Assembly (NCBI RefSeq): GCF_001457595.1
Contig: NZ_LN831039.1
Coordinates: 4,050,001-4,082,000 of the forward strand
DNA from: Mycolicibacterium smegmatis
GTDB taxonomy: Bacteria > Actinomycetota > Actinomycetes > Mycobacteriales > Mycobacteriaceae
Direction: 5' to 3'
DNA length: 32,000 nt
Part shown: in pieces, positions 29,647 to 32,000 of the stretch
How positions within the stretch are numbered: position 1 is the first letter of the stretch
Layout of the letters: each line of letters starts with the position of its first letter
Notes under the pieces: generated by a model
The model's database searches: none
What the model was told of the DNA's origin: nothing
What the model saw: only the letters and a program-made list of their open reading frames with translations
Made by a program: the position numbers and the translations under genes

Positions 29647-29755
29647 ATGTCCACCGCAGTAGCGAAACTCGTCGTCGGAGTCGCCGGGCTTTATGCCGCG
29701 CGGCGCTACTACCGGAACTGGGGAACGACCAAGGAGGAATGCCGTTCCAGGCCGC
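29647..29755 (+). pseudogene. Possible N-terminal remnant of a small membrane-anchored protein gene
   Basis: MSTAVAKLVVGVAGLYAARRYYRNWGTTKEECR reads as a natural TM-anchored N-terminus, after which composition becomes Arg/Pro-rich and non-protein-like in this frame, overrunning the downstream gene. Right boundary is approximate. Confidence 0.35.
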
Positions 29756-29887
29756 AGCAGAATCCGCGGCGGATCTGCACAATTCGCGCGAAAGGGCACT
29801 TTGACGGTCCCGCAGGTGACCTAAGGCCTTCCGTCAACGGTCCTCGGACGCTATCGGCCGCACCGGGCCCGGGCGAGAGTGGACATC

Positions 29888-32000
29888 ATGTCCGACCGTT
29901 ATGTGCGAACCCTCGATATCCTGACGATCGCCGACGCCGAGGAAGCCGGCGGGAAGGGCGCGAACCTCGGCGAGCTTGTCGCCGCAGATCTCCCCGTGCC
30001 GCACGGTTTCGTGGTGATGCGCTCGGCGTACCTCGACTCGGTTCGCATGGGTGGTGTCGAAGCCGAATTGGCCGCATTGCACACCGAAGCGCTCACCCAC
30101 GCCGCCGACACCGCTCGACTCTCGGAACTGTGCCGCCGCATGCAGAGCCTGGTGAACAAGGCCGGGCTGAGCCCGAGCGTGCGGGACGCGACGCTGGCCG
30201 CGTACCGCGCGCTGGGTACCGATGTGGTTGTGGCCGTGCGGTCCTCGGCCACCGGTGAGGACGGCCGCGATGCGTCGTTCGCGGGGATGAACCGCACCAT
30301 CACCAACGTCATGGGCGAGGTGGCACTGCTCGACGCGGTCACCCAGTGCTGGATGTCGCTGTTCAGCCCGCGGGTCATCACCTACCGCGCCAGCCGCGGG
30401 TTCACCGCCGCCCCTGCGATGGCCGTGGTGGTGCAGCAGATGCTCTCGGCCGATCGAGCCGGCGTCGCGTTCACGAGCGACCCCAGCACGGGCGATGCCG
30501 ACCACATCGTCATCGAGGCGGCCTTCGGCCAGGGTGAGGTGGTGGTGTCCGGCAAGGTCGAACCCGACACGTACGTCATCGACAAGCGCACGCTTGAGGT
30601 CCGAGACGTCCGGATCGGTTTCAAGGCCATCAAGATCGTGCGTGGTGACGACGGTGCCGACTCGATGGTGCAACTCGAGCGGTCGCAGGCCGAGGCCCGA
30701 GTCCTCGACGACGACGCGTTGCGCAAGATCGCGACCCTGGCGGTCGCCACGGAGACACACAACGGCTGCCCACAGGACATCGAATGGGTGATCGCCGATG
30801 GCGCGGTGTGGCTCGTACAGGCCCGGCCGATCACCACTCTCGGCAGCGCCGGGTCCACGGCCGGCGACGAACCGAGCGTGCTGATCCGGGGTCTCCCCGC
30901 CGCGCCGGGTGTCGCGTCAGGACGTGTGCGCGTGTTGCTGGCTCCTGACGATGGGGACAAGCTGACCGACGGCGAGATCCTGGTCGCACCGACGACGAAT
31001 CCCGACTGGTTGCCGACGATCCGCCGAGCCGCGGCGCTGGTCACCGAGACCGGCGGCATGACCTGTCATGCCGCGATCGTCGCGCGAGAACTCGGTGTGC
31101 CATGTGTCGTCGGTGCCCGGTCGGCGACGGTGGCCCTTGCCGTCGGGTCGATGGTGACGGTGGACGGGACCCGCGGTGAGGTGACGACGGGGCGCCTCCC
31201 GGAAACGGTGCGCACCACCACGACGCCACAGGAGCCGGCTCCGCACATCACCGGTGAAGCCACCGGCACCAAGGTCTACGTGAATCTCGCGATGCCGGAT
31301 TCGGCCGAGGCGGTCGCCGCGCAGGACGTCGACGGGGTCGGTCTACTGCGTGCGGAGTTCATGCTGACCGAGGCCCTGGCGGGCCGGCATCCGCGGGACC
31401 TGATCACAAAGGGCGAGCAGGACACGTTGGTCGACGCCATGGCGGCCGCGGTCACCCGGATCGGCACGGCATTCGCACCGCGACCGGTGATCTATCGCGC
31501 AATGGACTTCCGCACCAACGAGTTCCGTGGGCTGGCCGGAGGTGAACAGTTCGAGCCCGTCGAACACAACCCGATGATCGGCTATCGGGGCTGTTACCGC
31601 TACATCAAAGAACCGGACCTCTTTGCGCTCGAACTCAGCGCGCTGGCCCGGGCCCGTGAGCACACGCCCAACATCCACCTGATGATTCCCTTCGTCCGCA
31701 CCCGGTGGGAGCTTGAGGAATGCCTCGCGCTGGTGGACGCGAGCCCGTTGAGGCGACACCGGAATCTACACCGGTGGGTGATGGCCGAGGTGCCGTCCGT
31801 GGTGCATTGGTTGCCCGAGTACGTCGGTATGGGCATCGACGGAGTGTCCATCGGCAGCAACGACCTCACACAGTTGATGCTCGGTGTCGATCGGGATTCC
31901 GAAACGTGCGCCGAGCTGTTCGACGAATCGGATGCCGCGGTGCTCGACGCGATCTCACGCATCATCTCGACGGCCAACCGGCTCGGGATCACATCGTCGC
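29888..32000 (+). CDS. ppsA: Phosphoenolpyruvate synthase-like protein, 3' end beyond window
   Basis: Not in the ORF track because it runs off the window. MSDRYVRTLDILTIADAEEAGGKGANLGELVAADLPVPHGFVVM..., VVVAVRSSATGED, TETGGMTCHAAIVARELGVPCVVG (phospho-His motif), LMIPFVRT, GVSIGSNDLTQLMLGVDRDS. Confidence 0.92.
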   Translation, partial: MSDRYVRTLDILTIADAEEAGGKGANLGELVAADLPVPHGFVVMRSAYLDSVRMGGVEAELAALHTEALTHAADTARLSELCRRMQSLVNKAGLSPSVRDATLAAYRALGTDVVVAVRSSATGEDGRDASFAGMNRTITNVMGEVALLDAVTQCWMSLFSPRVITYRASRGFTAAPAMAVVVQQMLSADRAGVAFTSDPSTGDADHIVIEAAFGQGEVVVSGKVEPDTYVIDKRTLEVRDVRIGFKAIKIVRGDDGADSMVQLERSQAEARVLDDDALRKIATLAVATETHNGCPQDIEWVIADGAVWLVQARPITTLGSAGSTAGDEPSVLIRGLPAAPGVASGRVRVLLAPDDGDKLTDGEILVAPTTNPDWLPTIRRAAALVTETGGMTCHAAIVARELGVPCVVGARSATVALAVGSMVTVDGTRGEVTTGRLPETVRTTTTPQEPAPHITGEATGTKVYVNLAMPDSAEAVAAQDVDGVGLLRAEFMLTEALAGRHPRDLITKGEQDTLVDAMAAAVTRIGTAFAPRPVIYRAMDFRTNEFRGLAGGEQFEPVEHNPMIGYRGCYRYIKEPDLFALELSALARAREHTPNIHLMIPFVRTRWELEECLALVDASPLRRHRNLHRWVMAEVPSVVHWLPEYVGMGIDGVSIGSNDLTQLMLGVDRDSETCAELFDESDAAVLDAISRIISTANRLGITSS

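Noticed and set aside
29834-30760. 308-aa - strand ORF
   Set aside because: Antisense to ppsA, whose motifs are unambiguous.

Overview
Mycobacterial chromosome segment (high GC; the gene content and protein sequences look like Mycolicibacterium smegmatis or a close relative). The left edge holds the C-terminal part of ectA and the proteasome ATPase gene mpa. These are followed by the conserved block Mtb12-like / lppK / DUF503 / trmI / RecB-like nuclease, then thioesterase, DinB and F420-type nitroreductase genes. From about 7.9 to 12.5 kb the region looks accessory: a frameshifted nitroreductase-like ORF, truncated acyl-CoA-dehydrogenase-like and SDR remnants, a serine beta-lactamase-family gene, a decayed ORF, and a probable RES-domain toxin/antitoxin pair. 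From 12.7 to 17.05 kb there is an unusual six-gene, tightly overlapping operon of small, mostly membrane proteins. Four of them carry copies of one conserved domain ending in a 'FRHNTxDPDDL'-like motif, and two are tandem paralogs of a second family; one of those two contains a frameshift at an A-run. This is the best candidate here for an undescribed system. Further right are a LysR / Asp-Glu-racemase-like / MatC-like transporter locus, a perfect 18-bp-stem hairpin, a ctpF-like P-type ATPase, a group 3b-type [NiFe]-hydrogenase operon (protease, large, small, FAD/NAD and Fe-S subunits) behind an Hsp20 gene with DosR-box-like sites, and the 5' part of a ppsA-like PEP synthase running off the window. 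All family calls are from recognising motifs by eye; no database search was run.
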